DNA of 64,000 nucleotides, taken from Candidatus Poribacteria bacterium. GTDB lineage: Bacteria; Poribacteria; WGA-4E; JAJDTR01. This document shows positions 1 to 10,110 of the stretch, in pieces. How positions within the stretch are numbered: the stretch's first letter is position 1; the number at the start of each line of letters is the position of its first letter. Made by a program: the position numbers and the translations under genes. The notes below the pieces were generated by a model that searched no databases, was not told where the DNA came from, and worked only from the letters and a program-made list of their open reading frames with translations. Where the stretch lies: assembly GCA_965222225.1 (NCBI GenBank), contig CBDCTK010000002.1, positions 1,728,001 through 1,792,000 on the forward strand, in the 5' to 3' direction.

Positions 1-108
1 TTCAAAATTAGCGTCGAGTTCGGCGGTAAAACTCCGCCCGACCCGGAGGCAGTGGAGAAGATTAACGAGTTGCTTGCCAAGGTGGATGATACGTTCAGGC
101 TTAAGTGA
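1..108 (+). CDS. 3' end of a CDS entering the window (possibly DUF499-type AAA+ ATPase C-terminus)
   Basis: Frame 1 is open from base 1: FKISVEFGGKTPPDPEAVEKINELLAKVDDTFRLK*. The family guess is from recalled similarity only. Confidence 0.45.
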   Translation, partial: FKISVEFGGKTPPDPEAVEKINELLAKVDDTFRLK

Positions 109-230
109 AGGGGGTTTTAGTTAAATGAGGCATGTGCACACGTAAATTTTGTTTACGAGATTGCTCTGAATCCCAATCTTATCGGGGCGAATTCCTGCTG
201 AATTCGTGATTCAGATATGTTGTACACATT

Positions 231-530
231 GCGCTCCTCTGGAGCGCGGGAATTTGGATTTATCGCATTCTATCGACATATCGATCCTCTGGATCGAAAA
301 CCTGGACTCTATGAAGTAATACGTGTTACTTGGTGAAAGAATTATTCCGGCAGGGATAATGAGGTGCTATAGACATAGAAGAATTCTATCGCGGTCACTA
401 TGGGATTCACTATCGTACAGGACTTTCTACTGCCCTCCTTAATCAGTCGGTTAATCTCCTCCGGAGCGAAAGAACGGAAAATGAATAGCTAGAGAAAAAT
501 CTGCTAGATTTGTCAATCCAGCAGGAGCGG
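231..530. repeat. Cluster of REP-like 3-nt-loop hairpins
   Basis: GCGCTCC-TCT-GGAGCGC (231-247), TCGATCC-TCT-GGATCGA (281-297), CTCC-TCC-GGAG (456-466), with associated CTAT(C/A)GACAT motifs. Confidence 0.6.
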
Positions 531-632
531 CCTGGGACTCGGTGCGCCGCGGTCTTTTTCAAGGTGTAAAATTAAAAATTGAAATGTGCATATGCCGCTA
601 TACCGTGCGTTTCGCGAATCAATCATTTGACT

Positions 633-1601
633 CTACGGTATAAGAAGTACTTTCCCCTTCGTTTGTCTTCCCTCAATATAACGATGCGCGGCAGCGGCGT
701 TCGCCAGCGCGAAGGTTGTATCAATTCGCACATCCAGTTCCCCTGATGACATCCACCTAAAGAGATCTCCTGACCGTTGTAACAGTTCCTCTCGATCGTT
801 GGCATAATGCGTCAGGCTAGGACGTGTCAGAAAGAGCGAACCTTTCTGGTTCAAAATCTGAGGATTGAATTCAGAAACAGGGCCGCTAGACTGACCGTAG
901 AGCACCATATAACCTCGGGGTTTCAAACAGTTGAGTCCCTTCTCGAAAGTGGTCTTGGCAACTGAGTCATAAACGACATTCACACCCTGATTATCAGTCA
1001 GTCGGCGGGTTTCCTCCTCAAAGTCGCTCTGCGTATAGAAAATGATTTCATCGGCGCCAGCTTGTCTTGCCAGGGCTGCTTTCTCTTCCGTAGAAACAGT
1101 ACCAATGACGCGAGCGCCCGCACGTTTTGCCATCTGGACGAGGAGCAAACCGACGCCACCTGCTGCCGCATGAACGAGGGCGGTATCTGTCGGGCCGAGC
1201 GGATAGGTAGTGAAGGCAAGGTAATGGGCGGTCATTCCCTGCAACATCACCGCCGCTGCTTGCTGTGTGCCTACTTCGTCTGGCACCGGCACCAACTTTT
1301 CTGCGGGCACAGTAGTGTATTCGGCATAAGAGCCCTGATGCGTAGCATACGCGACGCAATCTCCTGCCTTAAGCCCATCCGTCCCCGGACCAACTGCATC
1401 CACGACGCCAGCTGCTTCCATTCCGGGCGTAACCGGCAGTGTCCCAGGATATAACCCCTTACGATGGTAACAATCAATGAAGTTTAGTCCGATGGCTTCG
1501 ATTCGGACGCGGGCTTCTCCAAAGCCCGGCTCTGGTACGGGTGCGTCTTCATACTGTAAGGCTTCCGGGCCTCCAAATTCATGGACTCGTACTATTTTCA
1601 T
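633..1601 (-). CDS. qor: NADPH:quinone oxidoreductase (zeta-crystallin/MDR family)
   Basis: 322 aa with [37 protein letters not shown] and GKVLLIP. Confidence 0.9.
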   Translation of the reverse strand: MKIVRVHEFGGPEALQYEDAPVPEPGFGEARVRIEAIGLNFIDCYHRKGLYPGTLPVTPGMEAAGVVDAVGPGTDGLKAGDCVAYATHQGSYAEYTTVPAEKLVPVPDEVGTQQAAAVMLQGMTAHYLAFTTYPLGPTDTALVHAAAGGVGLLLVQMAKRAGARVIGTVSTEEKAALARQAGADEIIFYTQSDFEEETRRLTDNQGVNVVYDSVAKTTFEKGLNCLKPRGYMVLYGQSSGPVSEFNPQILNQKGSLFLTRPSLTHYANDREELLQRSGDLFRWMSSGELDVRIDTTFALANAAAAHRYIEGRQTKGKVLLIP

Positions 1602-1676
1602 GTATTTTTTCCCTCCTTAATTGACGAGTCATTGTTCTAACTAAGAGCATAATGTAGCGCAGCCGCATCATACGAC

Positions 1677-1787
1677 AGGATTTACGCAAAAAGCAGAATT
1701 GACAATCTTCTGTGACAATCTCATGTTGTAGGGGTCTTGTAGGGAACGCAGATCTGCGTTCCCTACAATCTGAATCACATAAGTCCT
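1677..1787. mobile_element. MITE-like element, family A (AGGAYTTACGCA termini) with internal GTAG palindrome
   Basis: Left end AGGATTTACGCA, degenerate right end CATAAGTCCT. Perfect 32-bp palindrome TTGTAGGGAACGCAGA|TCTGCGTTCCCTACAA at 1737-1768. Homologous to 55712-55846. Confidence 0.65.
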
Positions 1788-1895
1788 AATTCTGTTCATT
1801 CCTTTGTTTGATGATTGTAAGATTGTCGGACGTAGACAAATCTTTGTTCCAATGCATTCTTTGAGGAGGATTGTTCGCAGCCAGTTGTGCTGAGG

Positions 1896-2711
1896 TTAAA
1901 TCTCCACCTTCGGACTTTTCTGAACAGCCTTTATGGCTTCGGTTGTGCCAAATTTCTTTAATGTTTGAAGCGTGTTGAACTGTACTTTCGGATCTTGTTC
2001 GGTCTTCAATAGTTTTATGAGCGCGGCAACCGTCGACCGGGAAGGTGGGCCCATTTCGCCCAATGCCCAAGCGGCATTCATTCGAACCCGAACTGCGTTA
2101 TCCACCAACGCCTTTAGCAGCGCTGGAATAGCCCCTTGCGTTACCTCACCAAATTGCCCTAAAACGCTCGCTGCTTTAGCTCGCAATTGATCCGTATCGT
2201 TTTTCAATATCTCAACTAATCGAGATGTTATAGTTGCATCAGGGACGCCTATTTGGCCGAGGGCTTCAATGGCGCGCGCGCGCGTGGCTTCATCTTCGAT
2301 CGAGAGCCGGTCCGCCAAGACGCTAGTGACTTGCGGTGCCTCGCTCCTTGGCATCGGACGAATTTCTACCGCATTGCGCCAACGCTTTTTTTCGAGGTAG
2401 TTCCCAATCTGCGCTTGTTTCCAAGCAGATGGCCACACCTCTCGCGTTTCAATCGTCTGTCCGTGGCACAATTCAAAGACACAGTGTTGAATCTCAGACT
2501 TCTCTTGAGTGTAGATATACTTTCCGATGACCACGCCGTTCCAAGATTGAATCCAGTGATGAAACCACCGTCGTAGCCATTGATAGCCCCATCTATAATG
2601 TCTGATGAACAGAAAGAGGAGTGCACATATGGTGACGACAGCAAGCACGTCAATCACAACTGCAGGGACTTTCATACCCACATATCCTAAAATGGCACCA
2701 ATCGAAGCCAA
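1896..2711 (-). CDS. Membrane-anchored HEAT/PBS-lyase repeat protein
   Basis: N-terminal hydrophobic segment. C-terminal repeats RARAIEALGQIG, RAKAASVLGQFG, RMNAAWALGEMG. Confidence 0.7.
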   Translation of the reverse strand: MASIGAILGYVGMKVPAVVIDVLAVVTICALLFLFIRHYRWGYQWLRRWFHHWIQSWNGVVIGKYIYTQEKSEIQHCVFELCHGQTIETREVWPSAWKQAQIGNYLEKKRWRNAVEIRPMPRSEAPQVTSVLADRLSIEDEATRARAIEALGQIGVPDATITSRLVEILKNDTDQLRAKAASVLGQFGEVTQGAIPALLKALVDNAVRVRMNAAWALGEMGPPSRSTVAALIKLLKTEQDPKVQFNTLQTLKKFGTTEAIKAVQKSPKVEI

Positions 2712-2894
2712 GTTCTACGACAAGTGTTCGTCTCTTGCTCTGCAGAGGAACGCTACATCTATAACAAAGGGTTGAATCGCTCCAGACGAGCGAAGCGTCC
2801 TTACCCAAATAGAGTGTTGAATTGGCACATGTCCCTGTTATTAAGCGGCGCACGCAAAGGGAACATCATCCGAGATTTTTGATTCATAACCCTA

Positions 2895-4250
2895 CTACAA
2901 CCGCCGCAAGGCACTCATCACTCCTGAGGCCAATCTGTCGACATGACTATCATCCATTGGTAGCGAGATATTCCCACTCTCCCTCCAGTGAATCCCCTGA
3001 TTGAGAAGTGCAAAAAACAGCCAATTGTGCATCAACTCATCATTCTGCGCAGCTTCACGATAGTTGGACGGCGTCTGCGACATGAAGTGCACCTTAAACA
3101 GTGACCCTGCTGTCGAGACTTGTGCTTCAACTCCAACCTCATCAAACACGGCTTTCATTTCCTTTGCCAACCGCCGGGCTAATCCTGCTATCTTGTCATA
3201 CGCGTCCGGTGTCATAATTCGCAGCGTCATTAGTCCTGCCACCATGGCTAGTGGATTCGCATTGAAAGTTCCCGCATGATGAATCTTTGGTCCCGTGGTT
3301 GTTGGATCGTATAGCGCTAGTATATCCGCGCGTCCTCCGAAGGCTGCGCCCGGTACGCCGCCAGCGATGACTTTGGCGAGGCAGGTTAAGTCGGGTCGGA
3401 TGTTGTATGTTTCCTGCGCTCCACCGCGCGCGGACCTGAAACTAATGATTTCGTCAAAGATTAGCAGCACATCCGCCCGCTTGGTCATCTCTCGTAACTT
3501 GGATAGGAAACCGTCTTTGGGTAGTGTAAATCCGGCGCCCGTCGATAACGGGTCAACTATGACCGCAGCCAGTTCATCGGCATGCTCGTTGATAACCTGC
3601 TCGCAGGCCTCCGCGTCGTTAAATGGCAACACAACCACACCGTCGGCAGTGGATTCCGTGAGTCCAGCGGAGGACAGGACCGAATTCGGCCGCTCCGCCG
3701 GCCCCAGCGCATCGTTCAATGGTGGACTGTAACTGACTAATGCAAATTCACTTGTGCCGTGATATGCACCTTCAAACTTGGCTATCTTGGGCTTACCGGT
3801 AAATCCCTTCGCCGATCGAATAGCGTTCATTACGGATTCTGTACCCGAGCTGCAGAATCGCACTCGTTCGAGAGACGGTATCCGATCCTTTAGTAGCTCA
3901 GCCATTTCAACCTCAAGCGCTGTTGGTCGTGAAAAGGCGGTACCCTTTGCGACCTGCTCTTGAAGCACGCTGACAACTTCAGGATGGGCGTGTCCCAAAA
4001 TTAGCGCCGTCGCTTGATTAACAAAATCCAACAGATAATGACCGTCCAGATCAATCAAATGAACGCCCTCACCGTGGTTGATATAGGGTGGAAAGGGGTG
4101 GAAATACAGCCCGGAACGGGAGTTACTTCCCGGCAACGACTGTTTCGCCCGCTCACACATCGCTTGTGAACACGGATTATTTGCCACGTATTCGGCAATC
4201 AGAGAGTTCAACGACTTCTGCAACATTTCTTTCATTATCTTGCCTCCCAT
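2895..4250 (-). CDS. Class-III PLP aminotransferase, glutamate-1-semialdehyde aminomutase-like
   Basis: SGTES, KFEGAYHG, LIFDEI, DLTCLAK(PLP Lys)VIAGG, HAGTFNANP. Confidence 0.85.
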   Translation of the reverse strand: MGGKIMKEMLQKSLNSLIAEYVANNPCSQAMCERAKQSLPGSNSRSGLYFHPFPPYINHGEGVHLIDLDGHYLLDFVNQATALILGHAHPEVVSVLQEQVAKGTAFSRPTALEVEMAELLKDRIPSLERVRFCSSGTESVMNAIRSAKGFTGKPKIAKFEGAYHGTSEFALVSYSPPLNDALGPAERPNSVLSSAGLTESTADGVVVLPFNDAEACEQVINEHADELAAVIVDPLSTGAGFTLPKDGFLSKLREMTKRADVLLIFDEIISFRSARGGAQETYNIRPDLTCLAKVIAGGVPGAAFGGRADILALYDPTTTGPKIHHAGTFNANPLAMVAGLMTLRIMTPDAYDKIAGLARRLAKEMKAVFDEVGVEAQVSTAGSLFKVHFMSQTPSNYREAAQNDELMHNWLFFALLNQGIHWRESGNISLPMDDSHVDRLASGVMSALRRL

Positions 4251-4443
4251 TGCATGGGGATTTAAGTCTTGTTTTTGCGCACCAATGGTTCAACAAATGC
4301 CTGTTTTCTTGCTCCCGTGAACGAGCCCCGAATCCGACAACCAACCTATGACGGCTGAGGAGCCGTGCTATGCTATATGACTACGGGCGTAAACTCGCGA
4401 TCCCCCCAGCTCCGCAAACTGCCTTTTTTTATCCAGGTGATAG

Positions 4444-4472
4444 ATGTTACTCCATTTGACAATCGCTTTCAA
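4444..4472 (-). promoter_or_regulatory. Putative sigma70 promoter for the aminotransferase
   Basis: TTGAAA-17 bp-TAACAT on the minus strand. Confidence 0.4.
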
Positions 4473-4671
4473 GCGCAAAATCTCGCTCTTGGGACATCGG
4501 ATTTAGCAAGTCAGAAAAAGGACGCGTAGTGGGTAAGAAAAGCAAGAGAGACAGCCGATTGGCGGTGTTAATGGCTACTGGAAGAGAAACGGAGAGGTAA
4601 ACCGGAGTGCAACACGTATCCTAGGCGACTGTCCATTCTAGTCTATTAGAATAGATTAATCTGGCAATGCC

Positions 4672-5445
4672 TCATCTATCTTTCTTGTTTTTCTTTTGGC
4701 TGCGTGTTAGTGGCACAAACCGAACCGGCATAACCTGTTTTGTCGTGACTGTTCCGTCTAGCGCCTTTTCGACAATCAATATATTCTGCACTTGGAACCG
4801 TCCACCAACCGGAATCCCCATTCGTCCCCCAGGTTTGAGTTGGTTCACGAGTGGGGGAGGAATGTGATCTGCGGCTGCCGTAACAATGATTGCATCGAAA
4901 GGTGCGTGTTCCTTCCAGCCGAAATAACCGTCGCCTATTCTCACGGTGATGTTCTGGTAGTTAAGCCTTTCAAGACGCGCTTTCACCTGCTCACCGAGTT
5001 CTTTGATAATCTCTATGCTATAGACATTTTCAACGATCTCCGCGAGAACCGCAGCTTGGTACCCGGAACCCGTGCCAATCTCAAGCACTTTGTGTTCCTT
5101 TTTAACTTTGAGCATCTCGGTCATGAATCCAACAATGTATGGTTGTGAAATGGTCTGATCGTACCCGATTGGCAGTGGCGAATCAGCGTAAGACCGGGAT
5201 TTGTATCTTTTAGGCACGAATTCATGGCGTGGCACGCGGCGCATGGCGTCCAACACAACCTCGTCTCGAACACCGACGCGGCCATCCCGTACGCCACGCC
5301 GGTCAATCTGCGTGGCAACCATTCGCTCACGTTGTTTCTGGTAAGGATCTGCCTTGGGTTCGCTCGTGCGAGGTTGAGGAATGTTTGCCGAAAGTACGCC
5401 AACGATTAAAGATATTGCAAGTATAGCGACGCTCGTTCTCATCAT
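4672..5445 (-). CDS. pcm: Protein-L-isoaspartate(D-aspartate) O-methyltransferase with N-terminal signal/TM segment
   Basis: VPRHEFVP, QTISQPYIV, VLEIGTGSGYQAA, APFDAIIVTAA, VRFVPL. Confidence 0.92.
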   Translation of the reverse strand: MMRTSVAILAISLIVGVLSANIPQPRTSEPKADPYQKQRERMVATQIDRRGVRDGRVGVRDEVVLDAMRRVPRHEFVPKRYKSRSYADSPLPIGYDQTISQPYIVGFMTEMLKVKKEHKVLEIGTGSGYQAAVLAEIVENVYSIEIIKELGEQVKARLERLNYQNITVRIGDGYFGWKEHAPFDAIIVTAAADHIPPPLVNQLKPGGRMGIPVGGRFQVQNILIVEKALDGTVTTKQVMPVRFVPLTRSQKKNKKDR

Positions 5446-5495
5446 TATATATCTCCTTCAGTCGCCGACGATGTTGCGGGGTTTCACTTCAGTAG

Positions 5496-7175
5496 CTACT
5501 CGTTGACACTACGATCGCCCCTTACGGTGGCTACCGGATCACTCGACACATAGTGGTCAATCCCATTTGCAATTGCCTCTGCGATGCCATGTTGATACGC
5601 TTTTTTCGTCAGTTTTTCGGCTTCGATCGTATGCGACAAGAAACCCACCTCAACAAGAACGGCTGGAACCTTTGTGCCAATTAACACGACAAAGGGGGCG
5701 TGTTTCACTCCACGATCTGCCGCCTGTGTCGAGTTGACCAACTGTGCCTGAACACACTGAGCGAGTCGACGACTTTCCACGCTCTTGCTCTCTTTGAGAA
5801 TCTTCGCCACAAGTTTATCGAGTTCTTTGATGCCGTATCCAGCGCCACTATTTTCGCGGGCAGCCGTGCGTTGCGCTGTCTCATCAGACGCTAGGGCAAG
5901 GTAGTAGGTTTCAATACCTGACGCACTGGTATGGTTGGCGGCGTTTGCGTGAATGCTAATGAACAGGTCCGCGCCTTGCGTCGTAGCCTTTCGGGTGCGT
6001 TCTCGGAGAGGAATATAGATGTCGCGCGCGCGCGTGAGCCGCACATTGTAACCTCGACTTACTAGCAGGTCGCGCAGCATGAGCGATAGTTCCAGTACCA
6101 CACTCTTCTCATGAATGTGTGAGTTGCTTATCGCCCCAGGATCCCTGCCACCGTGTCCCGGATCAATAACAACCGTCTTGACCTCGAGTCCAAGCTGGCG
6201 TGGTAATGTGATATTGATGCCGGGGTCGGCTTTTGAGTTTTCTACTAGAACGTTCTGTACCGGACTGTGTCCCACTTGTTCCTGCGGTTCGGTTATTCGT
6301 CCTTCGTTCGTCGGTGCGGTTATCTCGAACTGACTGTCCGTAGATGGAAGGCTAGCAATTTCAACGTCGTCAGAGAGCATTATTTGTGGCATAGATTGAC
6401 CTTCCGTCCGAACTTTCTCATCATCAGTCTTGGGAGGGGGCGTAGTTATGACCGGCATAGCCGGTAATTCGTCGGTTGGCGGCCCCAGCGAACGCCGTTC
6501 CGATGGCATGTTAAGCCCAAGCGTACTAATGCCCTCCGGCTTCAATGCCGTTGAATCGGATGATGCTTGCCCTAACCGAACACGTCGGATGCGTTTTTTG
6601 GCTCGGGCGACAAGTGGTGAATTATTACTTCGTTCGGCGACAGATTGATACGTCGAGATAGCGACTGCCAGGTTATTCTGTTTTTCGTAAATTTGGGCTA
6701 GATCAAATTGTGCGAGCTCGGATATAGAATGGTTGAAATAGTCGTTGATTACCTTCTGATAGTGCATCGCAGCATGGTTGCTGTCGTCGAGTTGAAAGTG
6801 GCAAGCTCCGAGCCAGTAATGCGCGTCAGCGACTAGAGGCGTATCGGGATAGTTTTCTAGAAGTTTTTCGAGTGCGCCTATCGCGTGTTGGATACGCACC
6901 GGATCCGTCTTTTTTGATAGCCAAATCCAGCATGAACCGATGGCGTATTGAGCATCATCTGCGCACTCGCCGCTAGGATTGGCGGCAACAATAGCCTCAA
7001 ATTCTTCGATAAGTGACATCCATTCATCCTTTGATCCGCCAACCTTCCTGTCGGCAAGTTGATGATGACGATTTGAAGCGCTGCTATACATCGCCGGCGT
7101 CAAATCGACAGAGCGAAAACACGAGGACAGTGTTATAACAAAGAAAAGAAGGACTGATAAACCTGTTATTTTCAT
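5496..7175 (-). CDS. Lipoprotein N-acetylmuramoyl-L-alanine amidase (Amidase_3) with N-terminal TPR/BamD-like repeats
   Basis: Lipobox LSSC; TPR motifs (ADDAQYAIG, ADAHYWLG, AQFDLAQIY); amidase motifs IDPGHGGRDPGA, ISIHAN, LVEVGFLS. Confidence 0.88.
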   Translation of the reverse strand: MKITGLSVLLFFVITLSSCFRSVDLTPAMYSSASNRHHQLADRKVGGSKDEWMSLIEEFEAIVAANPSGECADDAQYAIGSCWIWLSKKTDPVRIQHAIGALEKLLENYPDTPLVADAHYWLGACHFQLDDSNHAAMHYQKVINDYFNHSISELAQFDLAQIYEKQNNLAVAISTYQSVAERSNNSPLVARAKKRIRRVRLGQASSDSTALKPEGISTLGLNMPSERRSLGPPTDELPAMPVITTPPPKTDDEKVRTEGQSMPQIMLSDDVEIASLPSTDSQFEITAPTNEGRITEPQEQVGHSPVQNVLVENSKADPGINITLPRQLGLEVKTVVIDPGHGGRDPGAISNSHIHEKSVVLELSLMLRDLLVSRGYNVRLTRARDIYIPLRERTRKATTQGADLFISIHANAANHTSASGIETYYLALASDETAQRTAARENSGAGYGIKELDKLVAKILKESKSVESRRLAQCVQAQLVNSTQAADRGVKHAPFVVLIGTKVPAVLVEVGFLSHTIEAEKLTKKAYQHGIAEAIANGIDHYVSSDPVATVRGDRSVNE

Positions 7176-7219
7176 AACCGTAACTGCATGATCCTAGGTC
7201 AAACCTAGATCTGGCGATC

Positions 7220-7248
7220 TTGACAAACTAGAAAACCTTTGATAAAAT
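7220..7248 (+). promoter_or_regulatory. Consensus-like sigma70 promoter
   Basis: TTGACA-17 bp-TAAAAT with extended -10 TG. Confidence 0.6.
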
Positions 7249-7408
7249 CAATCTGCGGATGACGATACACAAAGTAGAAACTAATTCATTTTGACTCTCT
7301 GAACGGAAATGAATGACTACCTCGGTTCTCAACGACGATATTGCAGACGGTTTCACGATTTCAAGCCCCCGCTTGAACGTGGTGCACTAGCATACAAATG
7401 GAGGGCAA

Positions 7409-7875
7409 ATGTTGATTACATTACATTTTATGTTAATACTGGTAGCCCGAGTCGTCTTCGCCGTTGCCGTTTCATTCTGCCTTCTTAAAGTGCTCGGACC
7501 ACCAATTTCCGCCATCCTTGGGCGCATCATTAAGGACGATATCAGCGGCGCGTTCATAAAATACGTGAAATTGGCTACCTATCTAGTAGCCATTGCACGT
7601 GGGCGTCAGCCCTCCGCCTGAAGGACAAGGACAAAGGTTAGGGGGAAGCCTTAAGTGAAATTTCTGCCGATTCGCAAATTTCAAATCTCAATAGGAAGCT
7701 TATGGATGAATTGTATAACGAACTCTGGTTGATGGAATTATATGGAATCATCATTGGAACCATTCTTAAGACACTTCAGGCAATCGTTCACGTATATCTT
7801 TTGCTATTTGGATTTGCCTTAGTCGCATATATCATGGTTAAGGCTTTGGAGTTGCTGGAAGCAAAACAGAAGTAA
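7409..7875 (+). pseudogene. Frameshifted small membrane protein
   Basis: The N-terminal TM ORF stops at 7621. A hydrophobic C-terminal half (MDELYNELWLMELY...ALVAYIMVKALELLEAKQK*, 7702-7875) lies in another frame. Confidence 0.55.
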
Positions 7876-7885
7876 AATTCTGTCC

Positions 7886-8006
7886 AAGAACGTGTTTGAA
7901 AACTATTCCTCGCCATTCTTTGGGGACAGCCATTCGATGTTGGTGCCGTTCATTCTTAAAATGGCATTTCTCAAAAGACCGGCTTCGGTATTTCAAACTG
8001 GTCCTA
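7886..8006. mobile_element. Degenerate MITE-like inverted-repeat element
   Basis: AAGAACGTGTTTGAAA ... TTTCAAACTGGTCCTA imperfect terminal inverted repeats (12/16). Confidence 0.35.
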
Positions 8007-8092
8007 ACTTCGTCGCGCGTCTAGCTGATTGTGTACCATTCCATCATTTTAATTTCATACCTTAAAATGCGTCGCGTCATATCCTATCGCCT

Positions 8093-9700
8093 ATGAACCC
8101 GTCCAACGAAACAACGGGGTACAAAGAAATTATCCAACGTGCCCCCAAGGAGTATTGTCGGCTAGTTGCCAAGAGAATCGGATTGCCTAGCCAGTTATCT
8201 GTCCAAAGCCTCCGAGAAAAAATTCCCGAACGAGTGCTAAACACCGTTTGGCTGAAAGATGCCATCGCTCGCCTCAATCCTCACGAACGCTCTGTCCTAA
8301 TCACACTCACATTCCTGGCTGGTTCAAATGGAGTGCCTGTCAATCTCTTTAACCGAAAACTCAAACACCTTTGCCGCGGTTGGCCCTGCGCTCCCGAACA
8401 GGTGCGACAGGTCTTACACGAATCAGGTTTGTTTTTTTTGGTATCAACAGGCCATCTCCGATATGTTTACATGATTCCAGAAGACCTTCAATTGCTATTG
8501 TTACGGGTCTTTTCAGACGAAATAAATGCTGCACTCATTTCTCCGGATGCAGCGCCCAAAACTATTCGCAGCGATGGATTCGCACTCATTCAGGACATAT
8601 TTACATTCCTATCAACTGCTGCGCGGGACGGTATTCGACTTACACAACGATTCACTGTTCACAAACACGCTCAGAAACGGCTTCTCAACGCTTTTGAAAT
8701 CACCGAAGATACGACAAAAATTTACGAACGGATTAACCCGCCCGACGGAACTACAGATCGTCTGCATTTTATCCACCACTTCTGCCAGCACCATCAACTC
8801 GTTGACTTGGACGAATCCAACAACCTGCACTGCTCGTCACTTGGGCATGAATGGATCCAGAAATCTAACGCCGAAAAACTTTCAACTATCTATGACTACT
8901 GGCTTGAATATGATGTGTTTCCCAGTCGTCCGCTCACAATAGCCCTCTCCTTTTTACGGATTCTCGCCGAAAACCGGTGGGTCAAACTTTCATCTATTCT
9001 AGAGCAGGTACAACGGTTTTCTGTGGCGGAGTCTTGGGAACAGACGCTTTACTCACACCTTGAACGCGGATTTACCAATTATCTGACTTACATGGGGTGT
9101 GTGAACTTTGCCACCTCGGGGGATGATACGGCCATCCAGATTACGGAGATTGGAAAGCAGCTTTTATCGGGAGAATCAATTGAGGATTATGAACGGGAAT
9201 CCTCCTTTGTTGTCCAGCCTAACTACGAGATTCTGGCGTCAAGTAACCTCACTCCCGAAATTCGCTGGAAACTCAATCTCATCGCAGAAATTTATCAAGC
9301 TAGTCAGGTTATCACTTACAAACTCTCACCTCAATCAATCTACAATAGCCTGCGCTCAGGTATGTTAGTGAACGAAATTCTCGAATTTTTGGAGACCTAC
9401 TCCAAGACAAATATTCCGCAAAACATCAAACTTTCGATTCAGGAGTGGGGAGCGCGATACGGACAGGTCTATTTTATGGACGTGATGCTACTTCGCTGCC
9501 AGAATGAACGTCTTGCTCAAGAACTAAAATCTAGCAAGCCGATTGCGAAACACATCCTTGGTGAAATCTCTCCGACTGACCTTGTCATCTCAAGAGAAAA
9601 AATTGAGGAATTAAAGCGGCTGCTTGAGAAGCAAAACTTTATGCCGCTGGCGGAGATTGTTACTCTTGAGGACCAACCTGTCTCCTCGCTCAAAACCTGA
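8093..9700 (+). CDS. Helicase-associated domain protein (XPB/Ssl2 N-terminal-like, Helicase_C_3) without helicase motifs
   Basis: C-terminal FVVQPNYEIL...YKLSPQSIYNSL...ILEFLETYS..IPQNI...IQEW..RYG; no Walker A or DEAH motif. Confidence 0.72.
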   Translation: MNPSNETTGYKEIIQRAPKEYCRLVAKRIGLPSQLSVQSLREKIPERVLNTVWLKDAIARLNPHERSVLITLTFLAGSNGVPVNLFNRKLKHLCRGWPCAPEQVRQVLHESGLFFLVSTGHLRYVYMIPEDLQLLLLRVFSDEINAALISPDAAPKTIRSDGFALIQDIFTFLSTAARDGIRLTQRFTVHKHAQKRLLNAFEITEDTTKIYERINPPDGTTDRLHFIHHFCQHHQLVDLDESNNLHCSSLGHEWIQKSNAEKLSTIYDYWLEYDVFPSRPLTIALSFLRILAENRWVKLSSILEQVQRFSVAESWEQTLYSHLERGFTNYLTYMGCVNFATSGDDTAIQITEIGKQLLSGESIEDYERESSFVVQPNYEILASSNLTPEIRWKLNLIAEIYQASQVITYKLSPQSIYNSLRSGMLVNEILEFLETYSKTNIPQNIKLSIQEWGARYGQVYFMDVMLLRCQNERLAQELKSSKPIAKHILGEISPTDLVISREKIEELKRLLEKQNFMPLAEIVTLEDQPVSSLKT

Positions 9701-10031
9701 GCCTCGTACTTCAAGACGGCTGTTTGCTTTAAACTGTTTCAAAATATAGTAGATCATGGTTGCGTTTCCAGGTCTTAGCATTTCTTCCAAAGTTTGTGCC
9801 AGTGGGAGAAAAACGGGTGTGAATAATCCGTGTGAAGTTGGAGTAAAAATAGGCAAAACCATCGGTTAAAGGAGGCAGACGATTTCCAGATACCTGTCAA
9901 AAAGATTAAAATCAGATTCAATTTGCTATCCTTCTGTTATCAGAAAGCCTAGACCCTAAATCTATCTATAGTAACATACTCTCTCTTTATCAAACGAATC
10001 CAAACTTCGCGAGCACTGTCGAACGAATTGT

Positions 10032-10052
10032 ATGGTGGGCACTGCCCACCAT
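10032..10052. repeat. REP-like hairpin
   Basis: ATGGTGGGCA-C-TGCCCACCAT. A degenerate relative lies at ~48788-48848. Confidence 0.45.
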
Positions 10053-10110
10053 CTCTCGATTACTTGCGATCAGCACAGATGCTACGAATCACCTTACGTA
10101 TTGATTTTGA

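Noticed and set aside
2895-4250. Naming the gene hemL
   Set aside because: It lacks the typical GGVNSPVRAF N-terminal signature, so it is likely a paralog.
4251-4443. Riboswitch in the aminotransferase leader (hairpin ACGGCT-CCTC-AGCCGT)
   Set aside because: No recognisable aptamer consensus or expression platform.
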